A DNA stretch of 64,000 nucleotides from Polyangiales bacterium (GTDB lineage Bacteria > Myxococcota_A > Polyangia > Polyangiales > Polyangiaceae). Positions 46,783-56,364 of this stretch are shown here, one piece after another; the first letter of the stretch is position 1; every line of letters begins with the position of its first letter. The position numbers were made by a program, and so were the translations under genes. Below the pieces are notes generated by a model. That model did no database searches and was not told the origin of the DNA. It saw only the letters and a program-made list of their open reading frames with translations. The stretch is taken from positions 137,264 to 201,263 of the forward strand of contig JBBRNJ010000005.1 of assembly GCA_038230375.1 (NCBI GenBank), read 5' to 3'.

Positions 46783-47286
46783 ATGTCATCGAGCAACGTG
46801 ACGGAGACTGCGTACCTGGCTGGCGGGTGCTTCTGGGGCATGGAGGAGCTTCTGCGGAAGATCACGGGCGTCATTTCGACGGAGGTCGGCTACACGGGCG
46901 GCCATCTGGAGAACCCGCGCTACGAGGACACGCACGACTCCATGTCCGGCCATGCAGAGTCCGTGAAGATCGTCTTCGACCCGTCGAAGCTCACGTTCGC
47001 GGAGCTCCTCGACCGCTGGTTTTACCGCATGCACGATCCGACCACGAAGAACCGGCAAGGCAACGACGTGGGCACGCAGTATCGCTCCGCCATCTTCGTC
47101 GTGGATGACGCGCAGAAGAAGGTGGCCGAAGAGGTCACCAAGAAGGTCGACGAGTCCGGGCGCTGGGGCGGGAAGATCCAGACGACGATCGAGCCGTTCA
47201 CCAGATGGTGGAAGGCAGAGGACTACCACCAGGACTACCTGGTGAACCACCCGGGCGGGTACTCCTGTCACTTCATGCGTGAGTAG
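46783..47286 (+). CDS. msrA: Peptide-methionine (S)-S-oxide reductase
   Basis: AGGCFWGME, GYTGG, GHAESV, HDPTT.NRQGNDVGTQYRSAIF, AEDYHQDY; AGGAGG SD. Confidence 0.97.
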   Translation: MSSSNVTETAYLAGGCFWGMEELLRKITGVISTEVGYTGGHLENPRYEDTHDSMSGHAESVKIVFDPSKLTFAELLDRWFYRMHDPTTKNRQGNDVGTQYRSAIFVVDDAQKKVAEEVTKKVDESGRWGGKIQTTIEPFTRWWKAEDYHQDYLVNHPGGYSCHFMRE

Positions 47287-47309
47287 AGTCGCAGGTGTGA
47301 GTCAGTGCG

Positions 47310-47861
47310 TCAGTCTTTGGATGCATCCTGCACGGAACCGGAGTCGGTCGCGGCGTCGGAGCCCGCGTCGGCGTAGGGTGGCACGTGAACGACGACGCGC
47401 ACGAAGAAGTCTGCACAGGTGTCGTTCCGCACAGTCGCGACATCCGGAAGCACGCCGAAGAACTTGGCCACGTTGCCGCCACCCGCCGTGAGCGAGTCCT
47501 GCGTCTTGGTCGGGTTCACGTTCGCGCTGATGTACGCCGTGATCTGATCGGGCTGGCGGCCGCCGAGCTGCGGGTAGTACACGTGCCACGTGCGCTCGTG
47601 GAGGTAAGCGAGCCAGTCGTCGTTGATGGCGGTGCTCTCCCAGGTGTTCTCGTCGATCAGGTGTCCTTGCGCCATGCGAGGTTCGGCTGCCGCATCCACG
47701 CTTGCGTCGACGTCCCGGTCGTACACGTCTCGTGGAGGACCCCAGGATAGCTCGTCGCCGTCGCACTGGCGCCCATAGCAGCCAGGCATGAGCAGCGAGG
47801 TCACGCCGAGCGAGGCGATGACCGCAACGCACGAACCGAGCAGCTTCTTCTTCGCGGACAT
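47310..47861 (-). CDS. Hypothetical lipoprotein
   Basis: Lipobox MPGC-Y; VRNDTCADFFVRVVV; DAG tail. Confidence 0.75.
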   Translation of the reverse strand: MSAKKKLLGSCVAVIASLGVTSLLMPGCYGRQCDGDELSWGPPRDVYDRDVDASVDAAAEPRMAQGHLIDENTWESTAINDDWLAYLHERTWHVYYPQLGGRQPDQITAYISANVNPTKTQDSLTAGGGNVAKFFGVLPDVATVRNDTCADFFVRVVVHVPPYADAGSDAATDSGSVQDASKD

Positions 47862-47866
47862 GGGTG

Positions 47867-48856
47867 TCAGCGACCCAGGAGCTCCGCGGCGCGCGGCGCG
47901 TGGTACGTCAGGATGAAGTCCGCGCCTGCGCGGCGGATGGACGTGAGCACCTCCATCATCGCGCGGTCGAAGTCGATCATGCCCCGCTCTGCCGCGGCAT
48001 GGATCATGGAGTACTCGCCGGACACGTTGTAAGCGCCCAGTGGCAGGGTGGAGTGCTCGCGCACGGCGCGCAGCACGTCCAGGTAGGGAAGGGCGGGCTT
48101 CACCATCAGCATGTCGGCGCCTTCGATCTCGTCGAGCGAGGCCTCTCGAAGCGCCTCGCGCGCGTTGCCCGGATCCATCTGGTAGCCGGCGCGGTCGCCG
48201 AACTTCGGCGCGCAGTCGGCGGCCTCGCGGAACGGGCCGTAGAAGGAGCTCGCGTATTTCACGGCGTACGAGAGGATCGCGGTGGAGTCGAAGCCGTCCT
48301 TGTCGAGCGCCTCACGGATCTTGCCGACACGTCCATCCATCATGTCGCTCGGCGCGACGATGTCAGCGCCGGCCTTCGCGAACACCACGCTCATCTCGGC
48401 GAGGATCGCGAGCGTGGCGTCGTTGTCGACCTCCATGGCGCCGGTCTTCGTCTTGCGGAGCACGCCGCAATGGCCGTGGTCCGTGTACTCGTCCACGCAC
48501 ACGTCGGCCATGACGATGAGCTCCGGTACGGCGTCCTTCATGCGCCGGATCGTCTCGGGCACTGGACCGTTCGGGTCGAGCCCCGCGCGCCCCTCCGGAT
48601 CCTTGGTCTTCGGAAGGCCAAAGAGGATGCAGGACGAGATGCCAATCTCCTTGAGCTTCTTCGCCTCCGCCGCCGCGTCCTTCACGGGGATCTGGAAGAC
48701 GCCGGGCATCGTGCTGATGGCCTTTCGCTCGTCGAGCGCGGCATGGAAGAACATGGGATAGACGAGGTCGTTCGGCGAGAGCGTGGTCTCGCGCACCAGG
48801 GCACGCATCTGGGGAGAGACACGCAGGCGGCGCGGGCGGATCGTGGGGAAACCCAT
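47867..48856 (-). CDS. hemB: Porphobilinogen synthase (ALA dehydratase)
   Basis: RPRRLR, DVCVDEYTDHGHCG, APSDMMDGR, YAVKYASSFYGPFREA, YQMDP, MVKP, YNVSGEY. Confidence 0.97.
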   Translation of the reverse strand: MGFPTIRPRRLRVSPQMRALVRETTLSPNDLVYPMFFHAALDERKAISTMPGVFQIPVKDAAAEAKKLKEIGISSCILFGLPKTKDPEGRAGLDPNGPVPETIRRMKDAVPELIVMADVCVDEYTDHGHCGVLRKTKTGAMEVDNDATLAILAEMSVVFAKAGADIVAPSDMMDGRVGKIREALDKDGFDSTAILSYAVKYASSFYGPFREAADCAPKFGDRAGYQMDPGNAREALREASLDEIEGADMLMVKPALPYLDVLRAVREHSTLPLGAYNVSGEYSMIHAAAERGMIDFDRAMMEVLTSIRRAGADFILTYHAPRAAELLGR

Positions 48857-48895
48857 GCGCGGAATGCTAGTCGCCGCCCCCAGGGCCGTCGACAG

Positions 48896-50002
48896 TTACT
48901 TCACGGGGGCAACGTGCGTGGCGCAGCCAAAGACCATGTCGACCTTGCCGCCGACGTTCTTGATGCTCGAGCACGTGGTGCCACACGCCACGATGCGCGT
49001 GGGGTGGTTCGCGTCGTCGTAGTGCCAGCCGCTGCCGCTCGCGCATGTGGCGTCAAAGTCCAGGTCCTGCGCGACGCCGCCAGTGGGCGTGTATTGTACA
49101 TTCAATTTCGAGGGGTCGAGCGTCTCGCCGTCGGGCGCGCTCGGGATGGCGTAGTCACAGGACACGGCCGCGACCTTGATGGTGTTGATGGCCGCCGAGA
49201 GGTCTGTCTGCGTCTTGGTGGGGTCGCCCACCGAGACCATGAGAGCCTGCTTGGTGCCGCCGGCTGCCGCGATCTGGTTGAGGTTCGCGAGGTCGGAGCC
49301 AACGCCCACGATGTATGTCGGGATCGTCGCAGCATTCGTGAAGGCGATCAGCGAGGCGGGGCCGACGTCGCCCTTGTCGGAGCAGACCTCGGGGACGCCA
49401 TCCGTCACCATCACCACCGCGACGGTGGCGTTCTTGGCGACGGTCTTCTGGAGCTGCTGCGCGTAGGTCATCGCGCCGGAGAGCGCGGCCATGGTCGGCG
49501 TGCCACCCTTGCCGGCCTGCGGGGCCGTCGCGTCGAGCGCGGCGCCGAACTGGGCGCTGGGGAGATCGGTCACGGCAACGTCGGGCGCGGTGTACTCGGC
49601 CTCGCTGCAGAACGCGGGGTATGACTCGTACTTGGGGAAGAGCGTCATCGCTGCGTGGATGCCCTTCACGTTCGCCGAGGAGAAGAAGCTCTTCATTGCG
49701 ATCCCAGCGGCGGCCCATTTGCCATCCAGCGACATGCTGCCGGACTGGTCGTAGGCGAACACGAGGTACACCGGCTTCGCGGTGGCGGTCGCCGTGGACG
49801 TGACGCACGCGGCGCTGCCCGGCGGGGGCTTGTTGCTCTGGTCGCCCTGGCCGAAGCCGGCGCCCGGAGCGCTGTTGTCGGAGGAGGGAGCGGGGGAGTC
49901 CTGCTCGAACGGAGCGCTTCCTGCCCCGCCGCCGCTACAAGCGACGAGTGACGAGACGACAATGGATGCGCAACCGGAAGCGATGATCTTGGCGAGGTTC
50001 AT
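48896..50002 (-). CDS. VWA-domain lipoprotein
   Basis: Lipobox LVAC-S; MIDAS DQSGS; GGTPT; VMVTDGVP; Cys-containing C-terminal module (GWHYDD..P.RI..C...C). Confidence 0.88.
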   Translation of the reverse strand: MNLAKIIASGCASIVVSSLVACSGGGAGSAPFEQDSPAPSSDNSAPGAGFGQGDQSNKPPPGSAACVTSTATATAKPVYLVFAYDQSGSMSLDGKWAAAGIAMKSFFSSANVKGIHAAMTLFPKYESYPAFCSEAEYTAPDVAVTDLPSAQFGAALDATAPQAGKGGTPTMAALSGAMTYAQQLQKTVAKNATVAVVMVTDGVPEVCSDKGDVGPASLIAFTNAATIPTYIVGVGSDLANLNQIAAAGGTKQALMVSVGDPTKTQTDLSAAINTIKVAAVSCDYAIPSAPDGETLDPSKLNVQYTPTGGVAQDLDFDATCASGSGWHYDDANHPTRIVACGTTCSSIKNVGGKVDMVFGCATHVAPVK

Positions 50003-50254
50003 GGTAGGTCTCCGACGTGTACCCACCATGTACGCAAACCTCGTACCGTCGAATTTTCGGAATTCTCCACCCACACCATAACACCACTCATCCATCTGAA
50101 ATCACAAGCGAAACAGCGCGAGTCCTCCTCCGATGACGAAACCACCCTTGCCTGCTTCGCCTGGGACGAATGGACAACGCCGCTGGTCCGCGAGGGATCC
50201 AAGCCTGACGCCGCGACGTCGTTTTCGTAAGCATGCTGACGAAAAGGACCGAGG

Positions 50255-50413
50255 GTCGAGGTCGAGGTCAAGGTCGAAGTCGAAGTCGGGGTTGAGGTCG
50301 AAGTCGAAGTCGAGGTCGGGGTCGGGGTCGGGGTCGAAGTCGAAGTCGAAGTCGAAGTCGAAGTCGAGGTCGTTGCCGTCGTCGTCGTCGTCGTGGTCGA
50401 CGTCGAAGTCGAA
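50255..50413. repeat. Hexamer tandem array (GTCGAR/GTCGGG) about 19 units followed by (GTC)n
   Basis: Read directly in the divergent intergenic region. Confidence 0.95.
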
Positions 50414-50434
50414 ACCGGTATCATCCCCCGCGTC

Positions 50435-51412
50435 ATGCGAAAGCTTCGTCGTCTCGCGATTGTCCTCGTCCTTGCCGCGTGTGGCAGTCGGACGGGCCTT
50501 CCGATCGATGACGAGGGCCTGACGACTGACAACCCCGACGGGAGCAAGGACGGCAGCCACGACGGCACCTTCGAGGACGCGGGCGACGAGGACGCGCTCC
50601 CCGGCCTGGACGTGCAGCCCAATCCAGACGTCGTCCGCACGGACTGCCCCGACGCAGAGGCGACGCTCATCTATGTCGTCGCGGACAACAACAACCTCTA
50701 TAGCTTCTTTCCGACCGACGGGACCTTCACGCTGATCGGCACGCTCGCGTGTCCCGCTCACCCAACACCAGGGGTCAACCCAGCACCGTTCAGCATGGCC
50801 GTCGACCGAAAGGGGAAGGCGTTCGTCGTCTTCAATACCGGCGAGCTCTTTCAGGTGAGCACCGCGACGGCTGCCTGTGCCGCCACGGGGTATCAGGTCG
50901 ATCAAGGCGGATTTCAGACCTTCGGTATGGGTTTTTCAACGGACTTCCTCGGCCCCACCGAGACGCTCTTCATCGCGGGCGACGGAACGATGGGCGGCGC
51001 GTCGGGGCTCGGCTCCATCAACACCCAGACCTTCAAGCTCTCCATTCTCGGCGCCTTCAACCCTCCCATCCAGCGCGGTGAGCTGACCGGCACCGGCGAT
51101 GGTCGGCTCTTCTCCTTCTACACGAAGGATCCCACCGACCCGCAGGGCGACCCCGTGCCGGCGTTCATCGGCGAGATCGACAAGACCAACGGGCGGGTCG
51201 TCGCGGAGAGTCCGCTCCCGTTTCCCCAGGTCTCACAGGGCCAGGGGTGGGCCTTCGGGTTCTGGGGCGGTGACTTCTACACGTTCACCGCTCCTAACGG
51301 CGGCACCATCGTGCAGCGCTACCGACCCGGCGATGGCACCGTCACCGACATCGCCAATACCAACGACGTCATCGTTGGCGCCGGCGTTTCCACCTGCGCT
51401 CCCCAGCAGTGA
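50435..51412 (+). CDS. Myxobacterial lipoprotein, probable beta-propeller
   Basis: Lipobox VLAAC-G; PFSMAVDRKG, FGMGF, ELTGTGDGRLF, WAFGFWGGDFY, IVGAGVSTCAP. Confidence 0.82.
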   Translation: MRKLRRLAIVLVLAACGSRTGLPIDDEGLTTDNPDGSKDGSHDGTFEDAGDEDALPGLDVQPNPDVVRTDCPDAEATLIYVVADNNNLYSFFPTDGTFTLIGTLACPAHPTPGVNPAPFSMAVDRKGKAFVVFNTGELFQVSTATAACAATGYQVDQGGFQTFGMGFSTDFLGPTETLFIAGDGTMGGASGLGSINTQTFKLSILGAFNPPIQRGELTGTGDGRLFSFYTKDPTDPQGDPVPAFIGEIDKTNGRVVAESPLPFPQVSQGQGWAFGFWGGDFYTFTAPNGGTIVQRYRPGDGTVTDIANTNDVIVGAGVSTCAPQQ

Positions 51413-52569
51413 GCACGGACGCCGTCACGCTCGTTCATCTTGGCCCCGGCGATCCGGGGCTCGTCACGCTTCGCGCCCGTGATGCGCTTCGTGCGGCGAC
51501 GGTGATCTACGTCGTCGGCGCGGACGCGGCGGACACCAGTGACGTTGTCGCCCTCGTGTCGTCGCTCGCGGACCGCGCATCCGCGTTCAGCGTCACGCGT
51601 GGCGCACCTCCCCCTGACGCCAACGTTCGGGGTGCCGTGATCGCGCACGGCGCCGCTCCTTCTGACGTTCTGGCTGCAACGGTGATCGCGGAGGCGTGCG
51701 CCGCTCGCGCGAATCTGCTCCTCCTTCGCGTGCCTGGCATCACCGTCGACGCTCACGCCGAGTCCATTCGCGCATTGCCGCTCTGCGGAAAACGCGTGCT
51801 CACGCTTCGCGCAAAGGAGCAATCGCAGGACGCCGAGGTCGTGCTTCACGCGTTTGGTGCAGCTCCGCTGTCCATTCCTGCGCTCGTCATCGCGCCACCA
51901 CCCGATCCCGCGCGCCTCGAGCAGGCCGTGCGCGAGGCATCGAGCTACGCGTTCATCGTGTTCACGAGCGCGAACGGCGTGGAACGCTTCTTCGATGTAT
52001 TGTGCATGCATCTTGGCAAGGACGCCCGCGCGATCGCGCCCGCGAAGGTCGCTGCTATTGGACCGAAGACCGCAGAGGCTCTGCTCCTGCGCGGGGTCCG
52101 TGCCGATGTCGTGGCGAAGGATTTCGTCGGCGAGGCGCTGGCGCAGGAGCTTGCTGCAGTGCTCGGTGCTCCGGGCCATGCACCCGCCCGTATCTTGCTC
52201 CCACGCGCGCTCGTCGCCCGTGACGTGGTCCCCGACACGCTCCGAGCGCTCGGCCACACGGTGGACGTGGTCGCGGCGTACGAGACACGCGGCCCCACCG
52301 CTGCCGACGCACTGCGCCTCCGCCAGGCGTTGGTCGCGAAGGAGGTGTTCGCTGTCCTCTTCACCTCCAGCAGCACCGTGACGCACGTCGTGACGGCTCT
52401 CGGACCGGATGCCGCTTCCATACTCGCTTCCGTATGCGTGGTGAGCATCGGTCCGGTCACGTCGAGGACCGCGGCCGAGCACGGCATCCGCGTGGATGTC
52501 ACCGCGTCCGTCTACACGGTCTCTGGCGCCGTCTCGGCGCTCTCGCGGTTCGCCGCTGGAAACGTGTAA
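51409..52569 (+). CDS. hemD: Uroporphyrinogen-III synthase with a truncated N-terminal CobA methyltransferase-like remnant
   Basis: N-terminal GPGDPGLVTLRA...VPGIT; HemD motifs VFTSANGV, AAIGPKTA, AYET, FTSSSTV, SIGPVT; GTGA overlap with the upstream gene. Confidence 0.9.
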   Translation: MSTDAVTLVHLGPGDPGLVTLRARDALRAATVIYVVGADAADTSDVVALVSSLADRASAFSVTRGAPPPDANVRGAVIAHGAAPSDVLAATVIAEACAARANLLLLRVPGITVDAHAESIRALPLCGKRVLTLRAKEQSQDAEVVLHAFGAAPLSIPALVIAPPPDPARLEQAVREASSYAFIVFTSANGVERFFDVLCMHLGKDARAIAPAKVAAIGPKTAEALLLRGVRADVVAKDFVGEALAQELAAVLGAPGHAPARILLPRALVARDVVPDTLRALGHTVDVVAAYETRGPTAADALRLRQALVAKEVFAVLFTSSSTVTHVVTALGPDAASILASVCVVSIGPVTSRTAAEHGIRVDVTASVYTVSGAVSALSRFAAGNV

Positions 52570-52573
52570 GAAA

Positions 52574-52602
52574 TTGACACCGGGTCCCAGGAAAGGGATG
52601 CT
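52574..52602 (+). promoter_or_regulatory. Putative sigma70 promoter
   Basis: Perfect TTGACA-17 nt-GATGCT, 9 nt before the ATG at 52612. Confidence 0.5.
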
Positions 52603-52611
52603 CCGAACCGC

Positions 52612-55326
52612 ATGTCGTTGAGCTCCCTCATCGTTCAGCGCGAGATCGCTACGATCCGCGAAGTCGAAGAGGCGCTCTCACGTCAGGTGCTCTACGGCGG
52701 TGACCTGGTCACGAACCTCATGGAGGTCGTGCTGGCGCAGGAGAGCCCGCTCACGCAGGCGCTTGCGGAGTCCTTCGGCATGCAGCCGGCGCAGATCGGC
52801 GAGTTGCCGCGAACACCGGAAGAGGCGAAGCGTCTGGTCCCGAAGGACCTTGCGATCCGTCACTCGATCCTGCCGCTCGCCGCCGACAAGACCGGCATCG
52901 TGGTCGCCGTCGCAGAGCCGCTGACGCCGGATGTGGAGCAGGAGCTCTCGTTCGCGCTTTCGGTCCCCGTGGCGCAGCGCGTATCGCCGCTCTTCCGCAT
53001 TCGTCAGGCGATCGCGCGTGAGTACGACGTGCCCCTCGAGCGCCGGTACCAGCGCCTGCTCGCGCGCATGGGTGGTCACGAGATGCCACTGCCCAACTCG
53101 CTGCCGCCCCTCCTTGGGATGGCGCCGGCGGTCGCGGAGCCGCCGCGCATGCCGAGCGACATCCCACGTCTCGGCACGGTCGAGATGCCCGCGGTGAAGG
53201 ATCCGGCGCGGCGGATCACCCCTCTCTCCAATCCGCCTCCGCCGCCTCGGCAGCCAACCCCGCTGCCGGATCCTCCGCCTGAGGACCAGGTCCCCCTCAC
53301 GGCGCCGTCAGGCCACCCCCACACAAGGAGCCCGTCGGTGATCCCGGCGGTGCATGGACCTGCCGTGGTGATGGCGAATGTGCCGCAGGCGCCCGCGCTT
53401 CCGTCGGGCATCGGCGAGGCCGTGCCTTCGACCGGGCCCAGGTCGCCGCGCGCCACGTCCGATCTTCCGCCCGGCTCATTTCGTCGCCCCAGCGCGCCCG
53501 CGCCGCGTCCCACACGTCGTCGCAGGGGGCCGCTCACGCTCGAATTGGCGGTGACCGAGATGGACGACACGGCCGACCGTGATGCCGTGCTCGATCTGTT
53601 CTTCGAGTTCGCCAAACAGTTCTTCGAGTACTCGGCGTTCTTCCTGGTGCGCGCGGAGTCGGCCGACGGTCGCGATGCGTTCGGCAGCGGGCTCTCGCGC
53701 GAGAAGGTGACCGCGCTCACGATCCCGCTCGATGCGCCCTCGATGATCGCGGCGGTGCTCGACAAGCGTGCGCCTGCGCTCGTGCTGCCCGGCACGCGCG
53801 TGGACCACGGGTTGCTCTCCGAGCTCCACGTCGATGCGCGCACTCCGCTGCTTCTTTTCCCGCTCGTCGTGCGCAAGAAGGCCGTCGCGCTGCTCCTGGG
53901 CGACGGCGCAGACCTGGGCGTGGACGCGGAGGTCGCGGGCGATCTGACGAAGCTCTCGGCCGCCGCGGCGTCTGCGTTCGAGCGCCTCATCGTCCGCCGC
54001 AAGCTCACGGCTGCGGCCATGCCCAAGCCCTCCAATTCGTCACACGATGCGGTGGTCGTGCCCATCGTCTCCGTGCCGCCCTCGCGCATTCCGCGGCTCG
54101 ACATGCCGGGCGATTTCGCGCCACGCACCGAGGTCACGCCGTTCCAGCCCGCCATCACGCAGACCTCCGTGCACGTCATCCAGGAGATGAACGCGGATGG
54201 TTCGCCGCCGCCACCATCCGTGGACGAGCGCGTGCGTCGCGTGTCCGAGCCTCCGCCAGACGAGCCGCCGCCTGCGACGGTGGTGCAGGTGCGCCGCCCC
54301 AGCGGTCCGCCCATCCCGCGTGAAGAGCCCAACAAGGACAAGCGGCAGACGTTCTCGTGGGAGGACTACGTGCCTCCGGCGTCCGAGCAGAAGAGCGTGC
54401 CCGCGCGCAGGCCGCCCGCGCCCATTCCCACGCAGCCGCCGCTGCCTTCGGTGATCGTCGAAGTCGACCAGGATTACCGCGACCTCGTCGATCGTCACCT
54501 GGCCGGTGACGAGTCCGCGGGCCTGCTTCTGCTGCGCGCGGGCCAGCACGCGATGCCGGCGATCATGCAGCGCTTCCCCGGGCCCGTCACGATCGACCGT
54601 ATTCGCTATACGGAGCCGAACCCTCCGCGCGCGCAGGACGCCGGCCCGCTCTTGCGCCTCATCGCGGGGCAGCGTCGCGTTGCGTTCCCGTTCGTCATCG
54701 CGCGTGCGGAGGACGCCGATCCGGCGCGTCGCATGTGGGCCGTGTTGCTCGTCAGCGAGCTCCCATATCCCGAGGCGATCAAGCCGATCGTCGCGCGGCT
54801 GTTCGATCCGGATCCGTACGTGCGCGCTGCCGCGCAGATCGCCGGGCGCGCGATCGCCGAACATCACGCGCAGTCGATCGTCGAACGCATCGCCGCGATC
54901 GCGTCCAGTCCCGACGAGCCCATGGCCCGGCGTGTCGCCTCCATCGAGGCGCTCGGAGAGCTGCGAGAGCCGCTCGCGGGCATGCTGCTCATCAACGCGC
55001 TCGCCGACCCGACACATGAGATCGCCGATGCAGCACGCATCGCCCTTCGCACGCTCACACGCCACGACTTCGGCGCGGACCCGCGGAAGTGGTTCGCCTT
55101 CTGGCAGGCTCACGGCAGCGACTCCAGGCAGGAATGGCTGATCGAGGCCATCGCCGGCGACGATCTCGACCTTGCGAACTATGCTGCCGATGAGATGTCC
55201 GCGCTCGCCAAGCGCGGATTTGGATTCCGGCGCGACCTCCCGAAAGGGGAGCGCGAGAAGGTGCGCCTGGACATCCAGGCGTGGTGGGAGCTGGAAGGCC
55301 GGCTCCGCATCAGCTCTCGCCTCTGA
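52612..55326 (+). CDS. FrgA-like protein: MshEN/GSPII_N domain, GAF-like domain, Pro-rich linkers, HEAT repeats
   Basis: LSSLIVQ..IAT..EVEEAL.RQ...GGDL, LVPKDLAIRHSILPL...IVVAVAEP (GSPII_N); FPLVVRKKAVALLLGD (GAF-like); C-terminal HEAT repeats. Confidence 0.75.
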   Translation: MSLSSLIVQREIATIREVEEALSRQVLYGGDLVTNLMEVVLAQESPLTQALAESFGMQPAQIGELPRTPEEAKRLVPKDLAIRHSILPLAADKTGIVVAVAEPLTPDVEQELSFALSVPVAQRVSPLFRIRQAIAREYDVPLERRYQRLLARMGGHEMPLPNSLPPLLGMAPAVAEPPRMPSDIPRLGTVEMPAVKDPARRITPLSNPPPPPRQPTPLPDPPPEDQVPLTAPSGHPHTRSPSVIPAVHGPAVVMANVPQAPALPSGIGEAVPSTGPRSPRATSDLPPGSFRRPSAPAPRPTRRRRGPLTLELAVTEMDDTADRDAVLDLFFEFAKQFFEYSAFFLVRAESADGRDAFGSGLSREKVTALTIPLDAPSMIAAVLDKRAPALVLPGTRVDHGLLSELHVDARTPLLLFPLVVRKKAVALLLGDGADLGVDAEVAGDLTKLSAAAASAFERLIVRRKLTAAAMPKPSNSSHDAVVVPIVSVPPSRIPRLDMPGDFAPRTEVTPFQPAITQTSVHVIQEMNADGSPPPPSVDERVRRVSEPPPDEPPPATVVQVRRPSGPPIPREEPNKDKRQTFSWEDYVPPASEQKSVPARRPPAPIPTQPPLPSVIVEVDQDYRDLVDRHLAGDESAGLLLLRAGQHAMPAIMQRFPGPVTIDRIRYTEPNPPRAQDAGPLLRLIAGQRRVAFPFVIARAEDADPARRMWAVLLVSELPYPEAIKPIVARLFDPDPYVRAAAQIAGRAIAEHHAQSIVERIAAIASSPDEPMARRVASIEALGELREPLAGMLLINALADPTHEIADAARIALRTLTRHDFGADPRKWFAFWQAHGSDSRQEWLIEAIAGDDLDLANYAADEMSALAKRGFGFRRDLPKGEREKVRLDIQAWWELEGRLRISSRL

Positions 55327-55613
55327 CGTTCGTCAGCTTGCTGACAAGAAGCGGTCGATCCGGCGCGGTTCTCGCATCGTAGGAAGGATGCGTGCCCCGA
55401 TCGGGTGCGCACTTTCGGGTGGGATGTTTGGCCACCTTGCCATCGGAGCACGGTATCTATTCGTTTTTACAAGAGATCACCCCAGTGTAACCGGCGGTTG
55501 GCTGTAACCCGCCGTAACGGGTGCCGGCGCGAACCGCGCGTAACACCTGCAAACGTGACGCTTTGCCGGCGTCACGCGTCCAGTCATTTCGCGTGGTTAG
55601 CCGGGAGTTGACA

Positions 55614-55629
55614 TGGCACGTCGAATGCA
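55614..55629 (+). promoter_or_regulatory. Putative sigma54 -24/-12 promoter
   Basis: TGGCACG-TCGA-ATGCA matches TGGCACG-N4-TTGC with correct GG-N10-GC spacing, about 90 nt upstream of 55717. Confidence 0.65.
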
Positions 55630-55716
55630 GAACTTGAAAACGTCCAGGACCGTGTAACGGTCCGCGCAATCGCTCGTCAGATCAGGCGGGCTGCTTCTAT
55701 CCTCGAAAGGTACGTC

Positions 55717-56355
55717 ATGTCTCTCCGCATCCTCCTCGGTTCTGCTGCTGCTGCGCTCTGCCTCGCCACGGCGATGCCTTCGCATGCAGATGCGTCTGAT
55801 CCCGAGGTCGCTCGTCTGCTCAGCGTTGGCCACTCCGTGAAGTCGAACGGCGTGCCTGCTGGCAAGCAGACCAAGTACGGTCATGCAGAGGTGCTCGTGA
55901 ACGCGTCGCCGGAGCGCGTCACGCAGATCGTCACCGCGTTCGGTCAGTACAAGGATCTCGTGCCCGAGAAGTTCAAGACCTCGCGCGTGGTCGCGAAGGA
56001 TCGCACCGGCACGGACGTGTACCTCCAGATCCCGACGAAGGGCATCCTCTCCATCACGCTTGCGCCCACGCTCCACTTCGCGCCCCCCGTGAAGCCGAAC
56101 CCGGCGACCACGGTCGTCGAGGGCAAGTTCGTCAGCGGCTCGAACGTGAAGGACGCGAACGTCATCTTCACGATCCGTCAGGTCGCGCCGGACGTCTGCC
56201 TGCTCAAGCTCGACTTGCTCATCCTCCCGACGATCCCGGCCACCCAGTCCATGCTCGACGAAGAGATGCGCGATGCCGCGCTCCAGGCCGTGGACGCCGT
56301 TCATGACACGGCGCAAGGCAACCGCGAGACCGTGCGCGCTGTCGCCTCGAACTGA
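55717..56355 (+). CDS. Exported SRPBCC/START-fold protein
   Basis: Signal peptide; AEVLVNASPERVTQIVTAFGQYKDLVP pattern; C-terminal helix. Confidence 0.7.
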   Translation: MSLRILLGSAAAALCLATAMPSHADASDPEVARLLSVGHSVKSNGVPAGKQTKYGHAEVLVNASPERVTQIVTAFGQYKDLVPEKFKTSRVVAKDRTGTDVYLQIPTKGILSITLAPTLHFAPPVKPNPATTVVEGKFVSGSNVKDANVIFTIRQVAPDVCLLKLDLLILPTIPATQSMLDEEMRDAALQAVDAVHDTAQGNRETVRAVASN

Positions 56356-56364
56356 GGGAGTGAC

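Noticed and set aside
47864..49624. 586-aa plus-strand ORF, and the similar 39138-41546 ORF
   Set aside because: Antisense shadows of hemB/VWA and of the M1 peptidase/NUDIX genes
50128..50254. Hammerhead-like CTGACGA/GAAA words upstream of the array
   Set aside because: I could not build the required three stems around the core
49999..50905. ORFs encoding (ST)n, (DF)n or (SK)n peptides across the hexamer array
   Set aside because: Open frames are a by-product of a stop-free 6-bp repeat and overlap real genes in the wrong frame
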